From NCBI GenBank assembly GCA_964519985.1, contig CAZFMF010000011.1, positions 6,695 through 70,694 of the forward strand: DNA of 64,000 bases, read 5' to 3'. A program made the position numbers and the translations under genes. This DNA comes from an uncultured Pseudobdellovibrionaceae bacterium. Its GTDB lineage: Bacteria; Bdellovibrionota; FAC87; UBA2466. Shown here one piece after another: positions 1-10,023 of the stretch; position 1 is the stretch's first letter; each line of letters begins with the position of its first letter. The notes beneath the pieces are model-generated. The model saw only the letters and a program-made list of their open reading frames with translations. It was not told the origin of the DNA and did no database searches.

Positions 1-515
1 GCGGTACGTCCGAAACCTATGCATCCTGTTGTGAACCTTACCTCGAAGGGAAAGCCCTACCCGACTCGGCGGAAAAACTCATGCGCTCCCGGTACACCGC
101 CTTCGCCAAGAATGAGATCGAGTATGTGAAAAAGACCCTGGCACCGGAGTCGCGCAAGGGCTTCGATGTCCAAGAAACGAAACGTTCGGCGAAGGAAGTC
201 AAATGGAAGCGATTGGAGATCTTGCGAACCGAACAGGGCGGTCCCCAGGAAGATGAAGGGATAGTGGAGTTCAAGGCCATCTATGAACTAAAAGGTGAAA
301 ACATCGAACACCACGAGGTTTCGACCTTCCGAAAGGACGAAGAGGGCCGCTGGCTCTTCGTGGATGGCGATGCCCACACGCACAAAGAAGGCGAAGGCCA
401 TCACCATCATCACGAACCGATTGAAACGGTTGTGCGAGAGTCACCTAAAGTCGGTCGTAATGATCCGTGTTCTTGCGGCAGCGGAAAAAAGTATAAAAAG
501 TGCTGCGCCGCTTAA
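1..515 (+). CDS. ychJ: YchJ-family (UPF0225) SEC-C motif protein. The 5' end is truncated by the window edge; the in-frame translation before the M at 81 continues the family N-terminus (..[27 protein letters not shown])
   Basis: C-terminal SEC-C metal-binding motif [16 protein letters not shown]. The N-terminal CC..PY..G......LMRSRY.AF pattern matches E. coli YchJ. The frame is open to position 1. Confidence 0.75.
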   Translation, partial: GTSETYASCCEPYLEGKALPDSAEKLMRSRYTAFAKNEIEYVKKTLAPESRKGFDVQETKRSAKEVKWKRLEILRTEQGGPQEDEGIVEFKAIYELKGENIEHHEVSTFRKDEEGRWLFVDGDAHTHKEGEGHHHHHEPIETVVRESPKVGRNDPCSCGSGKKYKKCCAA

Positions 516-516
516 T

Positions 517-2406
517 TCAGTATTCGACCATATCCCCTTGTTGCATCAACAAAACCAATCCCGCGGTGTGGAGGCGGTAGCGCCGAATGCGGCCCAAGCG
601 TTGGATGGCTTCCCGCGCCGCCCCCGCGAGCTTTTTCTCCCGCTGGGAGTCGATGCGGTCGAGGCAATCTCGAAAGTGGTTGAGCGCCGACCCGGGCAGG
701 CCAGCATCGGCATCGATGCGGCCAAGATAATAGTGAGCGAGACGCCGATAATGGTCGTCGGCCGAATTGAGTAGCCCCTTGAGCAACTGGGCCGCGGTGC
801 CGTTGGCTTTCGCCTTCAACGCCAACATTCCGCCCATAAACCGGTAGAGCGGGTTTACCGGATCGGACGCAATGGCATTTTGGATAAAGCCAAGCGCTTT
901 GCCCGCGTCCGATTCACTCTCAAAAGCCACCTTCGCCCGAATAAAGTGTTGCTCCGCCTGCATCTCCTTGGGAAAAAGCGCCCCGTAGTTGACATTGGAG
1001 TAACTGACCGTCGGAAAGACGCCAAAGACGGCTGGATCCGCGCGCTCAATCAGCGGAAGTTCGACGAAGTTAGAAATAGAAACCGGAGCGCGACCACTTC
1101 CCACGAGGATAGATCCGGAATCCGGTTTCACCACCACGCTAGTCATCGTTGTGTGATTCGCCACCGTGTTGCCCACGCCGCGCACCTTGCCATAGATCGG
1201 ATCAAATTTGTCCGCCAAGATGGCCATGGCTTCCCGATCGGTTAGCGTACCGGCGCTGTCGCGTAACATGCGTTCCACGCGATTGAAACGGCCCACCGTA
1301 TCGTCGTCGACGGAAACATTGACGTGCAAATAGTCCGGCGAGCGCTCGGGGGTGCGGAAGTGGTTGGTCTGAACGTGGTACTTGCCGCGGGCCGGCAGTA
1401 CCGTCATGCCGCCGTAGGAAAGTTCGAGACTCGCCACCTTCTTCTCACGGGTGCTTACCAAAAGATAAGTCCAACCCGCCGCGGTCTTAACCTTGGAGAA
1501 AAGTGCGACGGCCTCATCGAAGGTCTTCGCTTGGCGCAGCACCTCTTGGGCAAACATGAACGCGGGCACGCCGGACGTGGATACGTTCGACGATGGAATC
1601 GTGTGCACGCCGAGGTACAGACCGGATTCATTGAGTCCCACCACGCCGGCGGTGTGAAGGCCGGATGAAGTAATGGCGAGAACTTTCTGGGCCCCGTCCG
1701 TTGGCTCGTAGTAAATCGCGGCCGGGAACCGATCGAAGGTGCCGTTGAGCCCGTAATCCGTATTGCGGCCAATGAGCATCTCCCCATCCGCGGTCATATC
1801 GCCCCAAGCGGCGAAGGCGGAACACTGCGAACTCGGAGCCGCGACCGCACCGAGGAGCGAGGACTTCCCTAAGCGTTCGCCGATCATCGTTTGGAGGGAT
1901 TCCGGGCCCACCAACCCATTGAGCAGTTCGGAAACGGGTAGCCCCGCACCTTCGGACAGCCCATACGCTTCGAGCAGGATTCCATCCGGCGCGAGCTCCG
2001 GGTGTCGCATCATCGTTTCGAGGATGGTGTCCGGGTACTTTCGCTTGAAACGATTGATCACGATCGCACTGAGCACCGGCATCTGGGGGATTCCGTTCGT
2101 AACGGTCTTTTCAAAGAGCCTCGCCGCCGCCGGAAGCGCGCCTTCAACGACTTGATCCTTCAAGAGCCGTCCGTGCTGGAAGGCCATTTCAAACCGGTCG
2201 CCCTTTAAAAAGAGAACGTTCACACCGCCGCGCTCAAATTTGCGCGCTCGGTGAAACGAGACCGAACCATCCGCCTCGACCTTGGGCGTAAGAGAGTAGA
2301 GGTAGGCGTACTGCTTGCGCACCTTCGCGGGAACGCGCGTTGGAATCTCGGCTTGCAGCGAAACACTAATAAGACAGGCGGCGAGCAACAGTTTGCCGTA
2401 ACTCAT
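517..2406 (-). CDS. Secreted C45-like (acyl-CoA:6-aminopenicillanic-acid acyltransferase / choloylglycine-hydrolase-like Ntn) family protein with a C-terminal TPR-like region
   Basis: N-terminal signal peptide MSYGKLLLAACLISVSLQA. SSQCSAFAAWGDMTADGEMLIGRNTDYG resembles the Cys-nucleophile region of the C45 family. The C-terminus has TPR-like repeats. Confidence 0.45.
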   Translation of the reverse strand: MSYGKLLLAACLISVSLQAEIPTRVPAKVRKQYAYLYSLTPKVEADGSVSFHRARKFERGGVNVLFLKGDRFEMAFQHGRLLKDQVVEGALPAAARLFEKTVTNGIPQMPVLSAIVINRFKRKYPDTILETMMRHPELAPDGILLEAYGLSEGAGLPVSELLNGLVGPESLQTMIGERLGKSSLLGAVAAPSSQCSAFAAWGDMTADGEMLIGRNTDYGLNGTFDRFPAAIYYEPTDGAQKVLAITSSGLHTAGVVGLNESGLYLGVHTIPSSNVSTSGVPAFMFAQEVLRQAKTFDEAVALFSKVKTAAGWTYLLVSTREKKVASLELSYGGMTVLPARGKYHVQTNHFRTPERSPDYLHVNVSVDDDTVGRFNRVERMLRDSAGTLTDREAMAILADKFDPIYGKVRGVGNTVANHTTMTSVVVKPDSGSILVGSGRAPVSISNFVELPLIERADPAVFGVFPTVSYSNVNYGALFPKEMQAEQHFIRAKVAFESESDAGKALGFIQNAIASDPVNPLYRFMGGMLALKAKANGTAAQLLKGLLNSADDHYRRLAHYYLGRIDADAGLPGSALNHFRDCLDRIDSQREKKLAGAAREAIQRLGRIRRYRLHTAGLVLLMQQGDMVEY

Positions 2407-2419
2407 TTAATCCTCCCGT

Positions 2420-3841
2420 TTAGGTGTATAGACGCCCCAGTTTAAAAAGACGGCGAATCCTAGAAAGTTTGGCATCGGAATAAGGCGGATAGCGCAACGC
2501 TGTATCAAAGAAATGCGACTTCTTTAGAATGCTCTTGCGGTGCGAAAAAGTTCGAAAGCCGCTCTCACCGTGATAAGCACCAAGGCCACTCGTACCCGTA
2601 CCGCCGAACGGTAAATGTGCGCTGCTTAGGTGTAGTACCGTGTCGTTGATGCAACCGCCGCCAAAAGAATACCGCTTTAAAAAACGATCCTGATTGTGGC
2701 GGTCGGTTGAAAAAAAGTAAGCGGCGAGTGGCTTTTCCCGAAGGGTGAGCTGATTCAACACGATATCGAGATCGGTAAACTCCAAGACCGGTAGAACCGG
2801 CCCGAAAATTTCGTCCTGCATTGCCGGGTGATTCCAATCCACATCCCGTAGGACAGTAGGCGCCAAGTAGCGCGCCCCGCGATCGGCCTGACCGCCAAAT
2901 ACGATCCGGTCTTTTCCGACGAGCATTTGCAATCGATCGAAATGAGATTCGTTTACGATCCGGCCGTAACTACCGCTCGTGCGCGCGTCGGCCCCGAAAA
3001 ATCCCTCCACGGTTTGTTGCAACGCCCGTAGAAGGGGTTCCCTCACCGACTGGTGCACGTAAACATAGTCAGGGGCGACACAGGTTTGACCGGCATTGAG
3101 GAACTTTCCCCAAGCAATGCGCCGGGCCGCCAGCGCGATATCGGCGTCCGCGCAAACGATGGCCGGACTCTTTCCCCCGAGTTCCAAAGTCACCGGCGTG
3201 AGGTGTTTCGCGGCCGCTTGATAGACGATGCGTCCCACGCGGGTACTGCCGGTAAAGAAGATGTGATCGAAACGTTCTTCCAGTAGCTGGGAGGTTTCTT
3301 CCACTCCGCCGGTCACGAGACTGACGTATTGCTTGGGAAAGGTCTTGATGATGATACGCTCTAGAACCTCGGAAACGGCCGGGGTGAGCTCGGAAGGTTT
3401 TAATACCGCGCAGCACCCGGCGGCGATCGCGGCGATCAACGGACCGATAATGAGTTGTACCGGGTAGTTCCAGGGCCCGATGATCAGCGTGAGCCCCACC
3501 GGTTCGGAAAGAATGCGGCTCTTCGCCGGCCAAAGAAAAAGCGGCGTCCGCACGCGCCGTGGCCGCATCCAGTTTCTGAGATGCTTGCGGCAATAATGGA
3601 TCTCTTCGAGCAGGACCGCCAATTCGGTGGTAAACGCCTCCGTCCGCGACTTGCCGAGGCTCACTTTCAGCGCATCGAACAACGCTTCTTGGTGCTCAAG
3701 CAACGCTTTTTCCAAGCGATCGAGTTGCTCCAATCGGAACGCGAGGGGGCGAGTGGCACCCCCATTGAAGTAGGCCCTTTGCGTTTGGAGCAGTGCGCCG
3801 TAGGAGGTGCCGGTTGCGCGAGGTGTTGTTTGCATTGGCAC
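2420..3841 (-). CDS. NAD(P)+-dependent aldehyde dehydrogenase (ALDH3/fatty-aldehyde dehydrogenase-like)
   Basis: ALDH motifs ELGGKSP (catalytic Glu), FFTGSTRVGRIV and GQTCVAPDYVYV (catalytic Cys), about 470 aa. Confidence 0.9.
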   Translation of the reverse strand: MPMQTTPRATGTSYGALLQTQRAYFNGGATRPLAFRLEQLDRLEKALLEHQEALFDALKVSLGKSRTEAFTTELAVLLEEIHYCRKHLRNWMRPRRVRTPLFLWPAKSRILSEPVGLTLIIGPWNYPVQLIIGPLIAAIAAGCCAVLKPSELTPAVSEVLERIIIKTFPKQYVSLVTGGVEETSQLLEERFDHIFFTGSTRVGRIVYQAAAKHLTPVTLELGGKSPAIVCADADIALAARRIAWGKFLNAGQTCVAPDYVYVHQSVREPLLRALQQTVEGFFGADARTSGSYGRIVNESHFDRLQMLVGKDRIVFGGQADRGARYLAPTVLRDVDWNHPAMQDEIFGPVLPVLEFTDLDIVLNQLTLREKPLAAYFFSTDRHNQDRFLKRYSFGGGCINDTVLHLSSAHLPFGGTGTSGLGAYHGESGFRTFSHRKSILKKSHFFDTALRYPPYSDAKLSRIRRLFKLGRLYT

Positions 3842-3886
3842 TCCCTAGTACGCTCTCCGTTAGAGGGAAGCTGAACTCAAGATTCC

Positions 3887-4969
3887 ATGTCCTTTATATT
3901 ATTTCTCTTTTCCTTGAGTGACAACTGTCCCCGGGGCATGGCCGCAATTGGCGATCTCTGCCGTTATGAGACCGCTTACCTTGACTCGGTGCCCCTGACC
4001 GGGGCCCAGAAACCCTTTGATTTGAAACCGGCAACATTGTCCCCTCGGCTTATCGATTTGGGGCGCTATCTCTTCTTCGATCCGATTCTATCCGGGGATG
4101 GAAAGCTCGCTTGTGCCAGTTGCCACCAACCCGAAAAAAGTTTTACCGACGGAAGATCGCGAGCGATCGGCATGGGCGAGCAAATGGGTTCGCGCTCCAC
4201 GCCGACGCTCTGGAATGTGGCTTTTTCGGATACTTTCTTTTGGGACGGCCGCAGCCCTTCGTTGGAAGACCAAGCCCAGGGTCCCCTGTTCTCGCCGCAA
4301 GAAATGGGGGCCACGCGCGCCGGTCTAGAAAAAGCGTTGAACGCCAATGAAGTATACCGGCGCCTTTTTCAGATCGCCTACGGTGACCCCAAGCCGCGTC
4401 GGATCACCCTCCAACGCATCACGCGCGCTTTGGCGGAGTTCGAACGCTCGCTCGTGTCCTTGCGCAGCCGCTACGATGATTATGTTTTCGGCAAAGAAAA
4501 CGCGTTGAGCGAATCGGAGATTCGCGGGTTACAGGTCTTTCGATCCTTCGTCACCCGCTGCACCGAATGTCACACGCCTCCGCTTTTCACCAATTTCCAA
4601 GCGGCGATTATTGGCGCCCCCGAACCAGACGGATTGCCCCCCGACCCCGGAATGGCGAAAACTCAGGGATCCCCGGAAATGCGCGGGGCATTTAAAATAC
4701 CCTCGTTGCGCAATATCGCGCGAACCGCGCCTTACATGCACTCGGGGGCCTTGGTGTCGCTCACGGAGGTGGTTGACTTTTACAATCAGGGTGGGGGACG
4801 GCGAAAGCCGGTATACGATAGTCCCTACTTGCACTGGCATATCCGCGAAATGGGTTTGACGGCGACCGAGCGACGCGACTTAGTCGCTTTCCTCGGCAGC
4901 TTAACCGACGAAAGTACATTGCCGGAACGACCAGCGCGCCTGCCTTCGGAGATAGGAAAGATTCCATGA
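3887..4969 (+). CDS. Di-haem cytochrome c peroxidase (CCP/MauG family)
   Basis: Two CxxCH haem motifs (CASCHQ and CTECHT). The conserved stretch GRSRAIGMGEQMGSRSTPTLWNVAFSDTFFWDGR is typical of bacterial CCP. Confidence 0.85.
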   Translation: MSFILFLFSLSDNCPRGMAAIGDLCRYETAYLDSVPLTGAQKPFDLKPATLSPRLIDLGRYLFFDPILSGDGKLACASCHQPEKSFTDGRSRAIGMGEQMGSRSTPTLWNVAFSDTFFWDGRSPSLEDQAQGPLFSPQEMGATRAGLEKALNANEVYRRLFQIAYGDPKPRRITLQRITRALAEFERSLVSLRSRYDDYVFGKENALSESEIRGLQVFRSFVTRCTECHTPPLFTNFQAAIIGAPEPDGLPPDPGMAKTQGSPEMRGAFKIPSLRNIARTAPYMHSGALVSLTEVVDFYNQGGGRRKPVYDSPYLHWHIREMGLTATERRDLVAFLGSLTDESTLPERPARLPSEIGKIP

Positions 4970-6351
4970 TCCACTACTTTGCATTCGGCCTAATCCTCGT
5001 AGCGGGGGCAGCGCACGGGAAAACCACGGTCGTGCGCGCGGGCGCTTCCATCCAGGCCGCGCTAAAAGCCGCGCAACCCGGCGATACGATTGAAGTCGAA
5101 CCCGGCACTTACCGGGAAAGTCTGGTCGTCGACAAAACCAAAATTCGACTGATGGGAAAACCCAAACGGGGGCAATGGCCGATACTCGATGGCGAGGGAA
5201 AACTAAACGATGGGGTGATCGCCATCGGCTCCGGTTTCGAAATGGCGTATTTTCATTTGCGCAAATACAAGGGCAACGGGGTCACCACCCAAGCCGCCGA
5301 CGATGTTTACCTGCACCACCTGCGCGTCGAAGATGCGGGGATTTACGGCATTTATCCTACCCGTGGCAATCGCGTGCGCGTGGAAGACACCGTAACCTCC
5401 GGCATCGCCGATGCCGGCGTTTATATCGGAATGTGCAATGGGGTGGATGTTCGTCGCAACCAGGTGTTCCAAAGTGTGGCGGGCATCGAAATCGAAAATT
5501 CCCACGGCGCTTTGGTCGAGGACAATACGGTCTACGATAATACCGCCGGAATTCTCGTCTTCACCTTGCCCGGTTTGCCGGTAAAATCGGGTGAGAACGT
5601 CATCGTTCGGCGCAATATGGTGTACGAGAACAATCACGCAAACTTTGGCGCGGAAGGATCCATCGTTTCCAACGTGCCGTCGGGCACTGGCATGATTGTG
5701 ATGGCCGCCGACAAAGTGCGCCTGGAGCACAATGTCGTGCGCGGAAATAAAACGGCGGGGTTGATTCTCTCGGACACGGAATACATCGCCGATGCGAGTG
5801 CGCCGGATCCGGCGATCGATCCGCAGTTCGATGACAACCAGATCTTGGAAAACTTTTTTTACGATAATGGCCAAGCGCCCGTGGGAAAAATCAAACTGCT
5901 CTTGGCCGTGAAACACTTTACGCTGTCCGGAGCCGACATCGTTGCGTACGGCAAAGGCCGGCGAAACTGTCGGGCGGCAAATCTGCAAGCTAAGTTTCTC
6001 GGCGAGAAGCAGTTTACCCTTTGCCCTTCCGGGGCCACGACCCAATCGGTGGTGAGCATGCTCCAAGATCCAAAGGCCAATACTTTGTCTGCCGGCGCAC
6101 CCGCCCCGAAGCCGGGAGAGATGCTATTTAACGCCATTTGCGCGGGTTGCCACGGATTGGGCGTAAGGGTGATCGGGCCGCCGATCGAAGAAATACAGAC
6201 CAAGTATCGCGCGAACGCCAAAGGGATTGCGGATTTCGCCCTGGCGCCGAAGAAAGTGCGCTCCGACTATCCGGAGATGCCGGCCCAAAGCCACCTGGGA
6301 CGAGACAAGCTCATGGCCATTGCCGAGTACTTACTCAAACTGAAACAGTAA
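4966..6351 (+). CDS. Periplasmic right-handed parallel beta-helix (NosD/pectate-lyase-like) repeat protein with a C-terminal mono-haem cytochrome c domain
   Basis: Signal peptide. Repetitive beta-helix segments (NGVDVRRNQV.., NSHGALVEDNTVYDN.., NVIVRRNMVYEN..). C-terminal CAGCHG haem site. ATGA 4-nt overlap with the upstream CCP gene. Confidence 0.55.
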   Translation: MIHYFAFGLILVAGAAHGKTTVVRAGASIQAALKAAQPGDTIEVEPGTYRESLVVDKTKIRLMGKPKRGQWPILDGEGKLNDGVIAIGSGFEMAYFHLRKYKGNGVTTQAADDVYLHHLRVEDAGIYGIYPTRGNRVRVEDTVTSGIADAGVYIGMCNGVDVRRNQVFQSVAGIEIENSHGALVEDNTVYDNTAGILVFTLPGLPVKSGENVIVRRNMVYENNHANFGAEGSIVSNVPSGTGMIVMAADKVRLEHNVVRGNKTAGLILSDTEYIADASAPDPAIDPQFDDNQILENFFYDNGQAPVGKIKLLLAVKHFTLSGADIVAYGKGRRNCRAANLQAKFLGEKQFTLCPSGATTQSVVSMLQDPKANTLSAGAPAPKPGEMLFNAICAGCHGLGVRVIGPPIEEIQTKYRANAKGIADFALAPKKVRSDYPEMPAQSHLGRDKLMAIAEYLLKLKQ

Positions 6352-6447
6352 CGGTCATTAGCGAGGCGAAGCCGAAGCAATCTGGTCCGCGAATCCGTTT
6401 GACCACTGAAACCCCTATCGCTATAGCTGCCCGATGGAGGGGCAGTC

Positions 6448-7779
6448 ATGTTCTTGAAATCTCGGTTCGGGCTTGCTGGCATTATTCTGATCGCAACGGG
6501 GGCTCAGGGTAGCCCATTGAGCTTGCCATCGAGCTCGCTGATTCGTTCCCAAACCTTTGAACTATCCGGAAACTGCACGGACGGAACCGACGTCCTGCTC
6601 TCGGCGCCCGCTGGGCTAACGACCCCATCTTCCGTTCCCTGCCACGAGGGGCAATTTCGCTTTGCGGCTCGCGCCGACAAGAATGGGAAATATGATCTCG
6701 TCGCCAAACAAGAGACGGCGAACGGCCTGCTTTCCGCGACGCAAAACTATCATGTTTTAGAATTGAAACGGGTTGCGTCGATTCCGCTCGCCGGCGCCTT
6801 TGTGAACTTCGTGCGGGTTTACGGGGACTATCTCTTCGTCAGCAATCGCATCAAACGCGCTTGGCCGAAGAACCCAGGGGAGCGTTTTGATGTTTGGAAT
6901 ATTTCCGATCCCAAAGCCCCGAGAAAAGTTTTCTCCCTCAGCAATGAAGACGAAAACATTTCGACGCTCATCCCGGCCGGAAGATACCTTTATAAGATCG
7001 CCCAAGTCCCCAAAGTGTCTAGCTCCAACGAGGCAAAGCTGACGGTGCACGATCTCGAAAACTCGGGGCAAATCGTGAACGAGATGCCCTTTGGCGACGC
7101 CTGCGCCGGAGGGCACTGTCAGGTGCTCAAATTTCCAGAATCGATCCTCGTCGATGGGAACGTTTTGACCGTATTTCTCGACTGGATGTTCGGGATTGAA
7201 ACGGTGGACACCTCCGATCCGTTGCGACCCGATTTCTCTCCCTCCACGACGTTCCAGGGCTCCGTGGGCATCCCCCACGGTTTGAGAGGAATCGGCGACC
7301 TGGCTTTTACGACCTGGGGCTTGAGCCCGAACGAGATCTTGATTTCTAGGCGGGACACGGCAAACCGGCGGCGATACCTTCCCGTCGCGACATTGCCTTG
7401 CAACGGTGACCCCAAATCTCCTCTGTACGGTACGCGTTTCGATGGAAATACGTTCTTCGCCGTCACCCACGACGGGATCCTGCCGTTCGATATTTCCGAA
7501 CCCGCGAATCCGAAATCACTCCATTTCCGAAAGCTCAAGAACTCGACTTCGTTTGGCTATGCGCATGGCCTGTATTTCCATACGCCGCACTACGAGGCCG
7601 GACTTCGATACGACGTGTTTCGGGACGGAACCGATCCACTCGCCTCTCCCGAACCCCTGGCGAACGTAGGCACCAAAACAAACTATATCGGTTTCACGCC
7701 AATCAAAGGGCATATCATCGCCGTGGGCGAAAGAGCGACGTATCACAATCTCGATATCGACTTCTACGCGCTGGAATAG
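6448..7779 (+). CDS. Secreted hypothetical protein (probable beta-propeller fold)
   Basis: Signal peptide MFLKSRFGLAGIILIATGAQG. Long ORF with repeated hydrophobic and aromatic blades. No recognisable catalytic motif. Confidence 0.4.
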   Translation: MFLKSRFGLAGIILIATGAQGSPLSLPSSSLIRSQTFELSGNCTDGTDVLLSAPAGLTTPSSVPCHEGQFRFAARADKNGKYDLVAKQETANGLLSATQNYHVLELKRVASIPLAGAFVNFVRVYGDYLFVSNRIKRAWPKNPGERFDVWNISDPKAPRKVFSLSNEDENISTLIPAGRYLYKIAQVPKVSSSNEAKLTVHDLENSGQIVNEMPFGDACAGGHCQVLKFPESILVDGNVLTVFLDWMFGIETVDTSDPLRPDFSPSTTFQGSVGIPHGLRGIGDLAFTTWGLSPNEILISRRDTANRRRYLPVATLPCNGDPKSPLYGTRFDGNTFFAVTHDGILPFDISEPANPKSLHFRKLKNSTSFGYAHGLYFHTPHYEAGLRYDVFRDGTDPLASPEPLANVGTKTNYIGFTPIKGHIIAVGERATYHNLDIDFYALE

Positions 7780-7791
7780 CGGCGTCGGCGT

Positions 7792-8346
7792 TTAAAACTC
7801 CTGCGCCGCCAGGCTTTGCAGAGCTTTTCCCGATTGCTGATAGATCGTCCACTCGGTCTTCGGCTTGCTCCCCAGCTTTTCGTAAAAACGAATCGCGGGT
7901 TCATTCCACGTCAAAACCGACCACTCGAATCGCCCGCAACCGCGCTCCAACGCGAGGCGAGCCAGAAAAATAAAAACACTCTTACCGATACCGCGACTGC
8001 GGTACTCGGGTTCTACGTAAACATCTTCCAAGTAGATTCCGGGCGCGGCTAAAAACGTTGAGTAGTTTTGAAAAAACAGCGCAAACCCGACGGACTTGCC
8101 ATCGACCTCCAGGATCAAAACTTCAGCGCACGGCTTCTCCCCAAAAAGCGTTTGAGACACCGCAGCTTGGGTCGCCGTGACCTCCGCTAAACGTTTTTCG
8201 TACTCCGCGAGCTTGCGAATGAAATCTAAAACCAGTCCCGCGTCCGCGGGCTGCGCAAACCGGATGCCCAGTCCCGGAACCGCCGTCGATCGCACGATCA
8301 AATCCATCATGCTCGGAAAACTGACATACCGGCTTGACCCGATCAA
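7792..8346 (-). CDS. GNAT family N-acetyltransferase
   Basis: Acetyl-CoA binding motif region VYVEPEYRSRGIGKSVFIFLARLALERG. 184 aa. Confidence 0.85.
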   Translation of the reverse strand: MIGSSRYVSFPSMMDLIVRSTAVPGLGIRFAQPADAGLVLDFIRKLAEYEKRLAEVTATQAAVSQTLFGEKPCAEVLILEVDGKSVGFALFFQNYSTFLAAPGIYLEDVYVEPEYRSRGIGKSVFIFLARLALERGCGRFEWSVLTWNEPAIRFYEKLGSKPKTEWTIYQQSGKALQSLAAQEF

Positions 8347-8385
8347 TCCCCCAAACGCATACTTTCGCTGAAATGGGGGGTTCCG

Positions 8386-9531
8386 ATGGGGTTCTGGCGC
8401 GCTTTCCTTCTGGCTTTGGTTCTGGCCCTTCCCGGATGGGGAGCCGGTCTAGAGTTGGTACTCACGTTGCCGGTCGAAACCCAGCTTAAAAGCTTTTCCA
8501 TTCCGGCTACCGCCGACACCTGGCTGGAGTTGATCCGAACCGCTGCGGATCGAAATGACTCGATCGATATCGAACAGTTTTACATCAGCACCGCAAAGGG
8601 AGAACCGATGGAACCGGTCATTGCCGCCCTGCACGATGCGGCAAAAAAAGGCGTGCCCGTACGCGTGATCGTGGACAAGACGTTTCTCGCCAAGGAGGAC
8701 GGTGGCATCAAGGCCTTCCTCGGCGCAGACGGAATTGAAGTTCGTACCTTAGATTACGGCAAGATTGCCGATGGGGTGCAGCATTCGAAATTCCTGATCG
8801 TAAATCGGAAGCAAGCTTACTTAGGGAGCGCCAACTTCGATTGGCGGGCGCTTAAACATATTCACGAAACGGGATTGCGCATCACCGATACCCACATCGT
8901 GACCTCGCTCCAAGCGGTTTTCGATCGCGATTGGGATCGGGCAACTCCACAAGGGAGTTTCCAATTCCCGTCCACTCCGGTTACGCCGGTGACGGTCCCC
9001 CCGGCGGGTACCCACCGTTTTACCGCCTCACCCACGGGGGATATTCCCGCAAACGTTCCCTCCACGATTGATTCCTTCCTAAGGTTGATCGGCGGCGCGA
9101 AGCAATCGATCCGGCTCCAAACCATGGAATACTCCGAGAATGTTTTCGGTAAGAAGAAGGAAAAATGGACCGTGCTTCAGCAGGCGCTGATCGCGGCCGC
9201 CAAAAAAGTTTCCGTCCAGCTCTTGGTGGACGACAGCAAAAGCAAGGATGCCGCTTTGCGCGCCCTGGCCGAGGCGGGAGTCGAAGTGAAGGCGGTCAAA
9301 CTTCCCGAGCATTCCTCGGGCCCCATTCCTTTCGCGCGCTTGATTCACAGCAAGTTCATGGTGGTCGACGAAAAAGAATTTTGGCTCGGGACCGACAATT
9401 TTTCGAAAAGCTATTTCTACAATTCGCGCGGCGTAGGCGTGGTTTCCACCGATGCGAAAATCGCGAGTCAGCTGGGCGATCTCTTCCGCGATCTTTGGGA
9501 CAGTCGGTACAGCAAATCCATTGCCCACTAA
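8386..9531 (+). CDS. Secreted phospholipase D-like (HKD superfamily) hydrolase
   Basis: Signal peptide. Two HxKxxxxD motifs (HSKFLIVNRKQAYLGSANF and HSKFMVVDEKEFWLGTDNF). Confidence 0.85.
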   Translation: MGFWRAFLLALVLALPGWGAGLELVLTLPVETQLKSFSIPATADTWLELIRTAADRNDSIDIEQFYISTAKGEPMEPVIAALHDAAKKGVPVRVIVDKTFLAKEDGGIKAFLGADGIEVRTLDYGKIADGVQHSKFLIVNRKQAYLGSANFDWRALKHIHETGLRITDTHIVTSLQAVFDRDWDRATPQGSFQFPSTPVTPVTVPPAGTHRFTASPTGDIPANVPSTIDSFLRLIGGAKQSIRLQTMEYSENVFGKKKEKWTVLQQALIAAAKKVSVQLLVDDSKSKDAALRALAEAGVEVKAVKLPEHSSGPIPFARLIHSKFMVVDEKEFWLGTDNFSKSYFYNSRGVGVVSTDAKIASQLGDLFRDLWDSRYSKSIAH

Positions 9532-9597
9532 GTTTTAATAGCTGAGCTTGCCACCCTTCGCTTGAGGGAGCCTACCGCGTTCGGATAAAATCGCGGA

Positions 9598-9990
9598 ATG
9601 AATCAGCTTTGGATTGAGCCCGTTGGCAATATCATCATCGCGCGAATGCGCGGGATCCCCACCGAGGACCTTCTGCGGGAATGCCAAGAACGCCTTTTAC
9701 TTCTGGTGAAGGAGACCGGCAATGGCCGCATCCTGCACGATGTTTTAGAGATGGGCGTTCCGCCGGTTGAAGTTCCCCTTTTCCAGTGGCGACTCGACCA
9801 GCAATGCCCGCCCGTACCTTTGCGCCGGGCGATTGTCGTTCCCAACACCACGCTGGCGTACCTCGCTCGGCTGGCCTTTGGCGAAGGGGACTACCGGGTT
9901 TTTTATAATGACATGACCTCGGCGGTGAGCTGGTTGGGCCAAGAAGGGTTCCCGCAAGTCCACCCGCCCGCAGTGCTTCGAAGTCATTAA
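9598..9990 (+). CDS. Hypothetical protein
   Basis: 130-aa ORF in a gap otherwise free of genes. No recognisable motif. Confidence 0.3.
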   Translation: MNQLWIEPVGNIIIARMRGIPTEDLLRECQERLLLLVKETGNGRILHDVLEMGVPPVEVPLFQWRLDQQCPPVPLRRAIVVPNTTLAYLARLAFGEGDYRVFYNDMTSAVSWLGQEGFPQVHPPAVLRSH

Positions 9991-10023
9991 CGGCGCCGGC
10001 ACGAGTGCGGCTATAATGCTTCG

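Noticed and set aside
5203-6066. 287-aa minus-strand ORF entirely inside the beta-helix/cytochrome c gene
   Set aside because: Antisense to a gene with clear domain signatures. It is Arg/His/Gly-rich and low-complexity, as expected for a GC-rich antisense frame.
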